A stretch of DNA of 64,000 bases from an uncultured virus (IMG/VR IMGVR_UViG_3300000868_000017) (IMGVR_UViG_3300000868_000017), one strand, 5' to 3'; numbered from the stretch's first letter, positions 9,504 through 19,714 are shown. Notes: generated by a model not told the origin, from the letters alone. A program made the numbers and translations.

Positions 9504-11155
9504 ACTCCTAGCTCCCCTTCCAGCATCTCGATAAACTCTACGTCGGTAAGGAACTCCACATCCTCCTTCTCGATGTAGGATGGAACAACATTTGACACCA
9601 CAAACATCCGCACATCGAGGTCAGTCCATTCTTTCGCAAATTGCTGTTCTACTCGATCTTCACCGTCTCGGTCAAGATGGGATAAGAAGGAGCTTCCCGG
9701 CTTCTCATTCAGCCACGTTTCCACCTTCTCGGGGAAGGGTTCCCCCGATTCTGCATCGTAATGCTCTGTATCTTCTTTGTAGACCTTAGAATCGAACTTA
9801 TGATTGAGTCGGATTACCCCGTTTGCTGTCCTCATATGCGTTTCTGGTAAGAGGAATTTACACTCGATAAACCAGAGTTCCTCATCCGATTCATTGACCA
9901 CGATTAGGTCGATCTCACGTTGGTCTGATTTTGTGAACCACGAGCTGTAATAGCACTCGTAGCCATCGTTCTCCAGATACTTGTAGAGGTTATACTCAAA
10001 CTGTTCTCCGCGTTTTTTACACTCTTTGTCTAACAGGGCTACACCACTCGGTGAATCCCCATTCTCCAATAGCGGGAACAACTGGAACCGAATGAGTTGA
10101 TTGTAGTACCGTGGATAGAGGATAACTGGTTCATCCCTCGTAACAGGAGGTCTTCCAGCATCCTGTGTAACAACGTGTTCCCGAATGACTTTGAAAAGGA
10201 ACGGGTGGGCATCTACGTTATCATCGCTAACAAGAAGGCTATCTCTGACTTCCTCCCAATCATCACCAAAGACGTCTTCCCCACAATGATTTACTCCTTC
10301 TTCAGCGGCGACAGGGAGGGTTCCCGTCTCGTCGATGTGTGCTATCCCTTCCTCGGTGAACTGAGAATCAATACAGTCTAAGAACTCTTTTAGATCGAGG
10401 GCGTCAACGCTGTCAGGTAGCGATTTGTTGTATATTTCATTAAGCGTCTTATCCGTGGAGAGCATGAACGCCATCGTGACGATGATCTCGAAAAACGTGC
10501 TTGTGAATTCCTGTAACGAATCTATATTATCTACATCAGTTTTCTCAAAGCTTCGAGCTTCTTCATGCGCCCGGTAGAAGAACTCAATGCCCTCCTTACT
10601 CCCACCAGCAAGACTCTCCAAGCATCGAATGAAGCAGTACCTATACTCCGACTCAAAGAAAAAATGCTCACCAACGAACGGCTTGGGGTTGTGCGGCTCT
10701 ACTATCGGTTTGACAGCGTAAATGAAGCCGTCCTCAACTTGGTCTAACTTTCGGTAAACCTTGTCGATGAGATCATAAATCAGCCCTATCGTTTCGGGTA
10801 GACCGTCTTCCTGATACTCAAACTGCTTATCTCCGAAATCGTCTCGTTCATAGACCAATTTCAGAAGGTAACTCGTATAGGCGAACTTCCGAACGGGGAG
10901 TTCAGAGTCGAATCTCTCATAGAATGAGTGCGAAATTCTATTCAGTTCATCAATGAGAAGGAGTATCAGGTGGTTCTTGTCATACTCACTCAGCATAGTC
11001 ATCGCCCGGTCTTCGCTAACGATTTGCCGGGTCTGGTCTATCTGTTCTTGAACGCTCTCAGGGTCAACTACGTCTAAATCAAGGCAGTTGGGGCAATAGA
11101 GGTTCCCGAATTTATGACCGACCAGTAGAGGAGTATCGCAGGTCGAGCAGGGCAT
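9485..11155 (-). CDS. Zn-ribbon protein with C-terminal NERD/PD-(D/E)XK nuclease domain
   Basis: N-terminal CSTC...CPNC; C-terminal GEQFE...EIDLIV...FIECK. Confidence 0.7.
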   Translation of the reverse strand: MPCSTCDTPLLVGHKFGNLYCPNCLDLDVVDPESVQEQIDQTRQIVSEDRAMTMLSEYDKNHLILLLIDELNRISHSFYERFDSELPVRKFAYTSYLLKLVYERDDFGDKQFEYQEDGLPETIGLIYDLIDKVYRKLDQVEDGFIYAVKPIVEPHNPKPFVGEHFFFESEYRYCFIRCLESLAGGSKEGIEFFYRAHEEARSFEKTDVDNIDSLQEFTSTFFEIIVTMAFMLSTDKTLNEIYNKSLPDSVDALDLKEFLDCIDSQFTEEGIAHIDETGTLPVAAEEGVNHCGEDVFGDDWEEVRDSLLVSDDNVDAHPFLFKVIREHVVTQDAGRPPVTRDEPVILYPRYYNQLIRFQLFPLLENGDSPSGVALLDKECKKRGEQFEYNLYKYLENDGYECYYSSWFTKSDQREIDLIVVNESDEELWFIECKFLLPETHMRTANGVIRLNHKFDSKVYKEDTEHYDAESGEPFPEKVETWLNEKPGSSFLSHLDRDGEDRVEQQFAKEWTDLDVRMFVVSNVVPSYIEKEDVEFLTDVEFIEMLEGELGVYTPKS

Positions 11156-11197
11156 AAGACCAGATTTGTACCCTATTGCACATAATGTCTCCCCTGC

Positions 11198-13615
11198 TCA
11201 TTTACACGGCGAGTACCAGCACTCCGGGCACACCGCACAGTCGTCCGTCTTCTCCAGCTCACCGTCACCACACTCCGGGCAGGTGAGCGTATCACTCCCG
11301 GCGTCCTCCTCCGAGACGATACCGAGACGTAGTGCGGCCTTCTCGCTCACCTCGCCCTTGAGGTACAGTTCAAGCAGATCGTCGTCGCGGTCGCCGCCGT
11401 CGTCCAACTTGTTGTCAACGCGGGTCGTAAGCACCTGTTCGTTCCGAGAGCCGTCCCGGTAGACGGTGAGGCCCTTGATAACTGCGCCGCGCTTGTCCGC
11501 ATCGAGGGCGAGACGGTAGGCGTTGCTCACGTCGTAGTGAGTCGCCCCGTTCGGGAGGTTCACGGTCTTGCTGATGCCTGAGTCGCAGAACTCTTGGAAC
11601 GCTCTCTGCATCAGCCCGTGCTGTTCAGAGGACAAGTCCTGCGTCGTGACGAAAACCTCCTTGATTCCCTCGGGAATCAAGAGGTCGTCAACGCCGTCGA
11701 ACTCGTTGTTCCGCATCAGCGTCTCCGCTTCCTCCTTCACAGCGTCCACGTCGATGCCGCTGGCCTCCAGCGTCCGCAGGAAGTAGTCGTCAAACTCCAC
11801 GAGCAGATCGTCGCCCTGAATGTCGTCACCGACGTTCTTGAAGTTCGCAACGTTGTAGGCAGGCTCACAGCCGCCCGTCGTGTTCCCGATCATCGAGGTC
11901 GTCCCGGTCGGGGCGATAGTCGTGATGTTGTGGTTGCGGATGGGGAAGCCACCAGCCCAATCCTCGGGGTCGAGGCCCGTCCGACGAGCGAACCAGTCGG
12001 CGTACTCGGTCGGCTCCGCGTACTTCGACTTGTCCCACGCATCAAACACGCCGCGCTCCAGAGCGAGGTTGTGCGACGACCACGTTCCCTTCCGGTCGAT
12101 GTACCGCATAACGGCGCGGGCCATCTCGTAGGAGTCCTGTGTCCCGTAGGGAATCCCCATCTGGAAAAGCATCTGCGCGAAGCCCATGATGCCGAGGCCG
12201 ATCTTCCGCATCCCGTTCACCTGCTCGGTGATCTCGGGGATGGGGAAGTCGGACTGAGTGACCACGTTATCGAGGAATCGGACACCCGCCTCGATGGTTC
12301 GATCAAGGTCGTTGAAGTTCACCGCCGACTCGAAGTACCACTCCACGGCCCCTCGGGTGGATAGGTCGCCGCTGGCTATGTCCGCGAGCTTGTCCTCAAG
12401 GAACTCGTCGTAGGTCGGAGCGTCCTCGTTCAGAATCAGCGAGAGGTTGATGTGGCCGAGGTTGCACGCTTCGTACTCGACGAGCATCTGCTCGGCGCAG
12501 GGATTAGTCGCGTTCATCTGGTACTCCGGGTGCTTCTCCACGTCGAAGGAGTGCTGGCGGTTCGACTCCTCGAAGTTGAACAGGCCCGGTTCGCCGTTGC
12601 GCCACGCCCCGTCGATCATCACGTCCCAAATGAACGCGGCGGGAAGCTCCATCGGCTCACCCGCTTCGAGCCGTAGACCCTCGTGGCCCTCCCACTTCTC
12701 GCGGAGGGACACGCGCTCGCCGTACAGCTCACACTCGATCTCGTCGGCGTAGTCCCGCCAAAGGTTCTCCTCTACGATAGCGCCCTCGCCGTCGTCAAAC
12801 GCCGAACGCGGGTTGTCCTGATACTCGGGAGAGTAGAAGTACGCGGACTCCTCTCGGACGGTGTACGCTTCCGTGTAGTCCGTCTCGGGGTCGTAGAGAG
12901 TGTAGGAGTCCTGAGCCTCAACTGCCTCGATGAAGTTGTCCGTCGTAGCGACCGAGATGTTGAAGTTCGCAAACTCGCCCTCGTTCCGCTTCGCCACGAT
13001 GAAGCGGCCAATATCGGGGTGGTCGGCGCGGAGAATACCCATCTGAGCGCCCCGACGCTTCCCGCCCTGCTTGACCTGATTGCACGTCTCATCGAAGACC
13101 CGCATGAAGCTCACGGGGCCGCTTGCTTCGCCTCCTGTGGACTTGATGAAGGCTCCCCGAGGTCGGAGGTGGGAGAACGCATAGCCGACGCCGCCGCCGC
13201 TCTGGAACGTCAGCGCGGCCTGCTTAGCCGTCTCGAAAATGTCCTCCATGTCGTCGCGGGGTTCCAGTACGAAACACGCTGAGAGCTGGTTCATGTCGGT
13301 TCCCGCGTTCATCAGCGCGGGACTGTTCGGCATGAACCGAAGTTCGGTCATTTGCGTGTAGAACTCGTCAGCCCACTTCTGGAAGTCCTCGACGTCTTCA
13401 GCTCCAGCGACGTTCTCAGCGACTCGGGTGAACATCTCCTCGATGCTCTCGGTGATCTCGCCGTCGCTGTTCTTGCGGAGATACCGGGCGGGGAGAATAC
13501 CGTGGGCGGCGTTGTCGGTGAGGCGTTCTTCTACGGTGAGCGATTCGTCGACGGTCTTGATCGGGGTTTCGAGAGTCTGTTCAGATTCGTCTTTTTCAGT
13601 TGTGACTACGGACAT
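11198..13615 (-). CDS. nrdJ: Class II (B12-dependent) ribonucleotide reductase
   Basis: FMPNSP, LSACF, QGGKRRGA, TNPCAE, CNLG, IAPTGT, ISKTVN, YRDGSR motifs; C-terminal Zn ribbon; no small subunit gene. Confidence 0.95.
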   Translation of the reverse strand: MSVVTTEKDESEQTLETPIKTVDESLTVEERLTDNAAHGILPARYLRKNSDGEITESIEEMFTRVAENVAGAEDVEDFQKWADEFYTQMTELRFMPNSPALMNAGTDMNQLSACFVLEPRDDMEDIFETAKQAALTFQSGGGVGYAFSHLRPRGAFIKSTGGEASGPVSFMRVFDETCNQVKQGGKRRGAQMGILRADHPDIGRFIVAKRNEGEFANFNISVATTDNFIEAVEAQDSYTLYDPETDYTEAYTVREESAYFYSPEYQDNPRSAFDDGEGAIVEENLWRDYADEIECELYGERVSLREKWEGHEGLRLEAGEPMELPAAFIWDVMIDGAWRNGEPGLFNFEESNRQHSFDVEKHPEYQMNATNPCAEQMLVEYEACNLGHINLSLILNEDAPTYDEFLEDKLADIASGDLSTRGAVEWYFESAVNFNDLDRTIEAGVRFLDNVVTQSDFPIPEITEQVNGMRKIGLGIMGFAQMLFQMGIPYGTQDSYEMARAVMRYIDRKGTWSSHNLALERGVFDAWDKSKYAEPTEYADWFARRTGLDPEDWAGGFPIRNHNITTIAPTGTTSMIGNTTGGCEPAYNVANFKNVGDDIQGDDLLVEFDDYFLRTLEASGIDVDAVKEEAETLMRNNEFDGVDDLLIPEGIKEVFVTTQDLSSEQHGLMQRAFQEFCDSGISKTVNLPNGATHYDVSNAYRLALDADKRGAVIKGLTVYRDGSRNEQVLTTRVDNKLDDGGDRDDDLLELYLKGEVSEKAALRLGIVSEEDAGSDTLTCPECGDGELEKTDDCAVCPECWYSPCK

Positions 13616-13794
13616 TTGTATAGTATAGATTAGTAGGTGAACTACTGGGAGTGATTCACTTCATCGAGGGGTTTGTCCTCTATCCTACCCTCTCCTAAGC
13701 GAACTACTTAGAGTGAAAAACACCCCATACTACCCACTAAGGGGTAATACGGGGTGTGGATAATTCGAGTGAATTACTCCGCTCGTCACGAAGT

Positions 13795-13833
13795 TCCTCA
13801 CTCTAATAGACGGCGACTGAGGACTTAAAGATG
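13795..13833 (-). promoter_or_regulatory. Repeated viral promoter (class A), upstream of nrdJ
   Basis: Minus strand CATCTTTAAGTC-N10-GTCTATTAGAGTGAGGA; five copies in the window. Confidence 0.75.
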
Positions 13834-13978
13834 CCGATATAAGTCTTAGTTTGTTAGTCTTCTGTCGGAAGGAACTGGTCGAGGACAGCTTTAATCCGAC
13901 CTCGTTTGAGTGCTAATGCCATGAAGAAGCCGAGTGCCCAAGCTACGAGGGGTGGGGTGTTTGCGAGTTCGGGGAACA

Positions 13979-14485
13979 TTAGAGTCTGATTAGGAATGTG
14001 CTGTCGTCCAAGTAGTCACGAGCAATGTCAACTCCAGCGGCGGCGCTGAAGTTTTTGGCTCGGAGGTGGGCGATAGGAGCCGTTCGCCAATCGTTTTCGT
14101 AGTGGGCATAAAACTCACGACCGGGTTGATCGTCAGCTCGCTCGAATATCGTTACGTGAAGTTGCATCCCCGGAGCAACGTGGTCGGGAGCGTCTTCGTT
14201 CAGAAGAACCCACGACCCCTCGCTCTCGCGTCCATCGGGGAGAGATTTGAAGCAAGAAATTGGATTCCGGCGGAAGCCCACATCGACCAGCTCCACCTCG
14301 ATGCTTTCTTCATCTTCGTCGAACTTCCCGACGTACTGGTTGTAGCCGATCTTACCGACTGCGTACAACGGAACGCCGATTCGGTCGCCAATACCGTCGA
14401 GTGTGTTGTGGAGTCGGGGATACCAGTACCGCCGGAGATCTTCTTGCCAGTCGTCGTCGCTATCGAGTAGGAATGTTGGAAGCAT
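13979..14485 (-). CDS. Hypothetical protein
   Basis: 168-aa acidic ORF. Confidence 0.7.
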   Translation of the reverse strand: MLPTFLLDSDDDWQEDLRRYWYPRLHNTLDGIGDRIGVPLYAVGKIGYNQYVGKFDEDEESIEVELVDVGFRRNPISCFKSLPDGRESEGSWVLLNEDAPDHVAPGMQLHVTIFERADDQPGREFYAHYENDWRTAPIAHLRAKNFSAAAGVDIARDYLDDSTFLIRL

Positions 14486-14509
14486 AGTGTTATAAAGACT
14501 TAAGAAGCA

Positions 14510-14544
14510 ATCTTTAAGTCATAGCACCGCGTCTAATAGAGTGA
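14510..14544 (+). promoter_or_regulatory. Repeated viral promoter (class A)
   Basis: ATCTTTAAGTCATAGCACCGCGTCTAATAGAGTGA, 6 nt before ATG 14551. Confidence 0.75.
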
Positions 14545-14550
14545 AGACAG

Positions 14551-15381
14551 ATGGATTTTTCGAGTGTAACCGGGTCGCTTAGTGACCTCTCTAACTACGT
14601 GAGGCCGGATGGAACGCCAGCAGAAGAAGGACAGGAAGAAGACCAGCTCATCGAGTTTGTGACCGAAAAGGAACTATACGGAGCTATCCCTGAGCCGATT
14701 CCGGCGAACAAAGTTCTGCCCGATTGGTATAGGGAACTTGGTCAATACATCTCAGAAGATGGAGGTAGTCAGAATAATCGGCCCGGACTCAATCGGTCTA
14801 CTGTGAAGCGGTGCGTCCCGTTTATGGAAGCTATGACGATGGGATGGATAATTCCGCTTCCCGCTGAACTTCATGTCGTTGCAGAAAATGGAGATGTTGA
14901 CTGTAATTGGGAATTTGAGAGAGAGCTTATTTCGGGGCACTCTTTGGGTCAAGTTGGAGGAGATATGTTCCCCGGAAACCAAAACCCAATTCTGAAGTTC
15001 CATAATTATTGGAATATTAAGGTTCCAAGTGGATATACAGTTCTATTCACTAATCCTATGAACCGCCCCGGCCAGCCGTTCGTTCCGTTCTCCGGGGTAG
15101 TTGACCTTGATAATTACTTCAACTTCGTCAACTTCCCCTTCATGTGGATTGCCGAGATATTCGATGGGGTTCTTCCTGCGGGAACCCCTATGATTCAGGC
15201 TATCCCGTTCAAGCGAGATACAATGTTGAGCGATGCGACCGCGCGATCAATGAGCGAAGATGAAGCTCTTGAACAGGCGAGAACTAAGACAGAACTTTCC
15301 TCACATGAATCAACGTACCGAGATGATAGGTGGATAGCCAAGGATGGGTCACGGATGATTCCACAAGATGTGGATAAATGA
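14551..15381 (+). CDS. DUF6065-like protein
   Basis: PEPIPA-x-x-x-LPDWY, TVKRCVPF-x-EAM-x-x-GW-x-IP, LKF-x-N-x-W, SGVVD-x-D, GTPM-x-Q-x-IPFKR pattern. Confidence 0.65.
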   Translation: MDFSSVTGSLSDLSNYVRPDGTPAEEGQEEDQLIEFVTEKELYGAIPEPIPANKVLPDWYRELGQYISEDGGSQNNRPGLNRSTVKRCVPFMEAMTMGWIIPLPAELHVVAENGDVDCNWEFERELISGHSLGQVGGDMFPGNQNPILKFHNYWNIKVPSGYTVLFTNPMNRPGQPFVPFSGVVDLDNYFNFVNFPFMWIAEIFDGVLPAGTPMIQAIPFKRDTMLSDATARSMSEDEALEQARTKTELSSHESTYRDDRWIAKDGSRMIPQDVDK

Positions 15382-15389
15382 AGCTCTAA

Positions 15390-17477
15390 TTACAGCTTCA
15401 TTATGAACGCCAGCGCGTAGTACGGCGGGCGGTTTTCGTGAGCATCATTTCCACCAACCGAACTCGTCTGTCCGGTGATGTTGTGGGAGTGATTGCCGTC
15501 GTTAGATGTGTTTCCAGAGACGTTGTGAGAGTGATTACCGCTGTTGCTAACTAAGTTTTCTCCGTGAACCGAATTTCTGTAATTCGTCCCGTAACTGTTG
15601 GAGTTGTTGTTGTTGTTTCTCGCATCATACTCGTTGTACTGAACCTCAACTGCGGCGTTGTACCTCGAATTTCCAGCATATTGAGCAAGACCGTGGTTGT
15701 GAGAACCACCATTGCTGGTATTACCACTTACATTGTGGCTGTGTCCACCCGTATTGTTGATGCTGAAATTACCAGTACCGTGTGTGTGACTTGGGATTTC
15801 GTTACCGGAAAGCTCCACAGAGTTTTCTCCGCCGGTATCTCCAGAGCTGTATTCGTCACCAGCACCAACTACGAACCTATCTCTTAGGTCAGGTGTTCCA
15901 TTGCTTCCATCACACAGAGTCCATCCGCTTGGAACACTACTGCTTGAACCAGACCACATACTGATGAGGCCGGTAGGAACGAGAGTATTCCCATTCTGCT
16001 TAACTGCTCCAGCATCTATATCCTCACTAACGCTTAGGGAGCCGGTGATTTCATCTCCATCTTGATTGACGTATTGGTAATCGGGGTTGACGATTACCTT
16101 CCCGTCTTCAACGGAAACTGCGTCCGTTTTAAAATCAAATTCGTAGACGTTTTCTTCTATTTGCTCTCCGAACGAATAGACGTTAACGCCGTTATCACCG
16201 GGTCGGAGAAACCACCTTCGATAAAGGGAGTCGAACGATGGGTCATTCGATGTATTTTTCCGCGTAAGCTTCACACGAATCTGTGGGTTCGTCCCCGCGT
16301 CAACCGCCGTCGAGAGATCTTCGTTGGAGTCAATATCAGCGACGAGTGTGTTTCCGTTCTCGTCTTCAACATCCACCACAACGCTCTCGCCGTCGAACGT
16401 CCGGGTGAACCGAAGCAAGTCCCACCCCTCGATGCGTGAATCCGGTTCGGGGCACGACACGACGACCTCGCCGTACTCCCGCGCTCCGGTGTGAACATCG
16501 TCTACATAGACGCTTCGAGTAGAACCGGAATCCGTCGTCTTCGAGCCAAACCAAATGTTCGAGATAGCCGTCGCGTCCATCGGGCGACCGCTGATGATAG
16601 TCTGACCGTCGATTACCACATCGAGGTTCCCTGCGTCGAAGTCCGGGTCAACCTCGAATGCGTAGGTCTGCCCGGCAGTCCACTCGGGGAGTAGTTCCGT
16701 GCCGTCACTCAGAGAGACGTTCCCCGCACCGTCGTTGAATTGAATCTCCAACTCGCGGTTCCCTTTCTCGTCGTCCAGTCGGATGATAGACTCGTCGTTG
16801 ATGTTCGACGTGTCCTCAGAAACCTCGAAGGAGAACTCTAAGTCTTGAGAAACGGGAACGTCCCGCTGAAGTTTCGGTGTGTACGTTTCCCCGACCGACG
16901 TGATCTCGGCGCGACTCCCGGTGTGAGAAATACCGGAGGTGTCGCTCCACGACCACGCCGAATGGTCGGGGGAGATACCGCTCTCGAAGTCAGCGACGAC
17001 CTGCTCGTTGATGAGCTTGAGACTCCCCGCATCGAGGCGAGTCCTTGCAGGAGTCTCGTGGGAAACAGAGAACCCTTCTTCTCCATCGAAGTTTGACGTT
17101 TCATCATACCCAACCTCTGGACGAATATCATAGTCCTCGCCGTCAGATACGTATAGGAGTCCCGCAGTATCCTTGAACCACGTTGTTCCATTTTTAACTT
17201 CATCTGGATTGGCCGCCTGAATGAACTTGAAGCCACCAAGTTGTTCGGGGGCCATTCCTTCAACAGTCTCGGCGTTGGCTACCTGACCATCATTATCCGG
17301 GTCAATAGAGTTAGTGAGGTCAACAAGGTGCTGAACGTCCTCAATTAGATTGTGAATGAGGAAATTATCGAACTCTACGATGGGTGGGTTTTCTTTCGTG
17401 TATCTATACCCATCGGGGAACTCAGCACGTTCATTAACGTCAGCTCCCCATTCTTTTAGCTTAGAAGTGTACGTCAT
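15390..17477 (-). CDS. Tail fibre with collar domain and HxH tip repeats
   Basis: Follows baseplate genes; PTGLISMWSG...W-x-LCDG-x-NGTPDLRDRF collar; HTH/HSH/HNH repeats; ends NRPPYYALAFIMKL. Confidence 0.88.
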   Translation of the reverse strand: MTYTSKLKEWGADVNERAEFPDGYRYTKENPPIVEFDNFLIHNLIEDVQHLVDLTNSIDPDNDGQVANAETVEGMAPEQLGGFKFIQAANPDEVKNGTTWFKDTAGLLYVSDGEDYDIRPEVGYDETSNFDGEEGFSVSHETPARTRLDAGSLKLINEQVVADFESGISPDHSAWSWSDTSGISHTGSRAEITSVGETYTPKLQRDVPVSQDLEFSFEVSEDTSNINDESIIRLDDEKGNRELEIQFNDGAGNVSLSDGTELLPEWTAGQTYAFEVDPDFDAGNLDVVIDGQTIISGRPMDATAISNIWFGSKTTDSGSTRSVYVDDVHTGAREYGEVVVSCPEPDSRIEGWDLLRFTRTFDGESVVVDVEDENGNTLVADIDSNEDLSTAVDAGTNPQIRVKLTRKNTSNDPSFDSLYRRWFLRPGDNGVNVYSFGEQIEENVYEFDFKTDAVSVEDGKVIVNPDYQYVNQDGDEITGSLSVSEDIDAGAVKQNGNTLVPTGLISMWSGSSSSVPSGWTLCDGSNGTPDLRDRFVVGAGDEYSSGDTGGENSVELSGNEIPSHTHGTGNFSINNTGGHSHNVSGNTSNGGSHNHGLAQYAGNSRYNAAVEVQYNEYDARNNNNNSNSYGTNYRNSVHGENLVSNSGNHSHNVSGNTSNDGNHSHNITGQTSSVGGNDAHENRPPYYALAFIMKL

Positions 17478-18131
17478 TTATTGAATCAGTCCTCCTTTCG
17501 TCCCACCCTCTCCGGTCGGGTTGCCCTCGGAGTCAAGAGCATCATAGCCTCCATCGTAACCGTTCCAGTTCGTCTCCTCGTAGTCCTCCTTGGACTTGTA
17601 CCGGAGTGAGCCGTTATACTGAGACTTTACCGTAGTCCCGGCAGGAGCGAGCTTCTGGACGATTTTCGAGATCTCCTCTCCCGAGAGGTCGAGGTTTTGT
17701 ACGTCGTCGTATGGTAGGAGGAAGCATACCGTTCGGTTGTGAATTTCACCGAACAGGAACCGCCAATCCTGAAACCAGAGGTTTTCGACCTCGCAACCAA
17801 GGATAGTCGCCATCGAGTTGAAGGCATCCTTGGTCGTTCCCTCGCTCGTGTTGAGCTGGTACTCCGCGATAATCCTCGCTCGGTAGTGGTCGCGCCCTTC
17901 ACCAGAACGTCGGCGGAGCTGAACGATTCCAGCAAGTTCTTCGAGAGAGTTTACGTCGAGAGCTTCCTGAACCGTCGTCTCGGCGTCAAGTTCCTCAATG
18001 TCTCCATCGAGGTCTACAACTTGGCGACCGACCGCATCGAGCAGTTTCCAATTCCCGCTCTCGTCATCGTCAGCGTAGTAGGACGGGAGGAAGTTGACCA
18101 GTTGCTCAACCTCGTCGTGAATCGTCGCCAT
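17478..18131 (-). CDS. Baseplate wedge protein (P2 gpI-like)
   Basis: FLP-x-YY, R-x-x-GE-x-x-x-x-YR-x-RI, PAG motifs; follows gpJ. Confidence 0.75.
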   Translation of the reverse strand: MATIHDEVEQLVNFLPSYYADDDESGNWKLLDAVGRQVVDLDGDIEELDAETTVQEALDVNSLEELAGIVQLRRRSGEGRDHYRARIIAEYQLNTSEGTTKDAFNSMATILGCEVENLWFQDWRFLFGEIHNRTVCFLLPYDDVQNLDLSGEEISKIVQKLAPAGTTVKSQYNGSLRYKSKEDYEETNWNGYDGGYDALDSEGNPTGEGGTKGGLIQ

Positions 18132-18135
18132 CCAA

Positions 18136-19371
18136 CTACACCTCGGTCGTCGTGAGCGTAATGTCCGTGCGAGCGTCCGTGTTCGCCTCCTCCATGTTCC
18201 CGATAGAGATGTTGTCGGTGGAGTCCGGCGGGTCTGTGCGACCGATCTTGAGGCTTGGCACGTCGTACACGCCGGGAATGTCCCGAATCCGGTACTCGAT
18301 CTCGCCGTGGAGAACGTTGTCGGTCACACCAAGCTCGCCGTCGCGCTCGAAGCCGTCCGTGGTCTGACCACCGACGTACTTCACGATGCTGTCCAGTACG
18401 TCCTCGTCGCTCTCGTAGGTTGAATCGACCTTCACATCTGCCTCGATGTAGATCGTCACCGGGTTCGCCCGCGAGAAGTCAACCGGGTGGGTCTGACCGT
18501 TCGGAAGTTCAGCCTCTACGCCCGGAACACCGACCCCGTTTACCCCCGCAATCAGGGTTGAATCCATCCCCTTCGTTTCCAAAATCGCCTGAGCAATCGC
18601 GGAGTCGTCGCCGCCGGTCACGACCAGCTCACCGGAGTTGGCCGGGAGGTTGTAGCCGCGACCGTTCTCGTCCGGGGTGTCGTTGATGAGGATGCTCACC
18701 GAGGTCACGCCTTCGACCTGCTGAACAGCAGTCACCAGCGCCGGGCCAGTCGCGCTCGAACCCTCGGCCAGCTCTCCTTTCGCTCGGTCGCGGAGAAGTT
18801 CGTCAGTCTCGCGGTTCTCGCCGCCAGCCGTACTCTCCTCGTTCGTAACCCGCTCGACGCCGGAGAGAGGAACAGGCAGGGCCGTAATCGTATTCGACCC
18901 CAAGTTACTCTGAGCGCCGGGTTCCACCGCGATCACCGGAGCGGTGGTAGAAAGTTCACCCTCCGCGATAACCGCGCCCTCGGTCGTCACAAACTCGATT
19001 GGGGGTTCGGTTCGTGTCTGAACCTCCGTCCCCGCAGGGATGTTGTAGTCCATCTCGGCGGTGTCGCCGCGAGAGAACGTCACATGACCCTCAGCGCGAA
19101 CTGCGGGTTCTCGGGTGACGCCGATGAGCGCCGTGAGAAGATCGAGAGCCGCGCCCTCCGCGTTGTCTATCTGTGTTGATTCAAGAACGAGTCCAATATC
19201 GTCCTGAGCTTGAGCGAGACGCCGAGCGATAGGCCGGTAGAAATTGCGAATTACAGCAAGGTCAGACTCCTTAATGTCCTCTGACCAATACTGCTTCGCG
19301 TCGGCAACCATCGCATCGAGGATTTCCGCCTCAGTATCGCCGCCAAAAGAGCCGTCTTCGTTAATCGTCAT
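18136..19371 (-). CDS. Baseplate J-like protein
   Basis: AEG-x-x-LD, IPAGT, A-x-x-x-G-x-x-x-N, GG-x-x-x-ETD-x-x-LR-x-R motifs. Confidence 0.9.
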   Translation of the reverse strand: MTINEDGSFGGDTEAEILDAMVADAKQYWSEDIKESDLAVIRNFYRPIARRLAQAQDDIGLVLESTQIDNAEGAALDLLTALIGVTREPAVRAEGHVTFSRGDTAEMDYNIPAGTEVQTRTEPPIEFVTTEGAVIAEGELSTTAPVIAVEPGAQSNLGSNTITALPVPLSGVERVTNEESTAGGENRETDELLRDRAKGELAEGSSATGPALVTAVQQVEGVTSVSILINDTPDENGRGYNLPANSGELVVTGGDDSAIAQAILETKGMDSTLIAGVNGVGVPGVEAELPNGQTHPVDFSRANPVTIYIEADVKVDSTYESDEDVLDSIVKYVGGQTTDGFERDGELGVTDNVLHGEIEYRIRDIPGVYDVPSLKIGRTDPPDSTDNISIGNMEEANTDARTDITLTTTEV

Positions 19372-19694
19372 TCACTAATTGTTTCCTCGAAAAATTCGTC
19401 CGATTTGTAGTCGATACCGATAACGTAGGTGTGCGGATTGTCCTTGTGCGGGGCCACGCTGATTCCTGAAATCTCGGAGATTCGGTCGTGCTTGCGTGCT
19501 ACCCTCGATGCTTCGAGCTTGAGCTTCTGCTCGATGGTCGCTTGGTCGAACTCCCCGATAGCGGAGTCCCGCATCAGCTCGGTGAGCATGATCACGACCG
19601 ACTGCTCGAACTGTTCCCTCCCGCTTACCGTCGCAAGGTCGTTACTTCCGTCAAGAAAAACGGAGAAGTCACTATCAAGGGCTAAATCAAGCAT
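19368..19694 (-). CDS. Baseplate gp25/gpW-like protein
   Basis: DLA-x-V-x-G-x-E-x-x-x-Q motif; size and position before gpJ. Confidence 0.7.
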   Translation of the reverse strand: MLDLALDSDFSVFLDGSNDLATVSGREQFEQSVVIMLTELMRDSAIGEFDQATIEQKLKLEASRVARKHDRISEISGISVAPHKDNPHTYVIGIDYKSDEFFEETISE

Positions 19695-19714
19695 ACGAAG
19701 GGAGTCCTCTAATA

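Noticed and set aside
12600..12920. Intein in nrdJ
   Set aside because: There is an acidic insertion but no C/S start, HN-C/S/T end or endonuclease motif.
13979..17477. Invertible tail-fibre cassette or diversity-generating retroelement
   Set aside because: No recombinase or reverse transcriptase, no inverted fibre copy and no template repeat seen.
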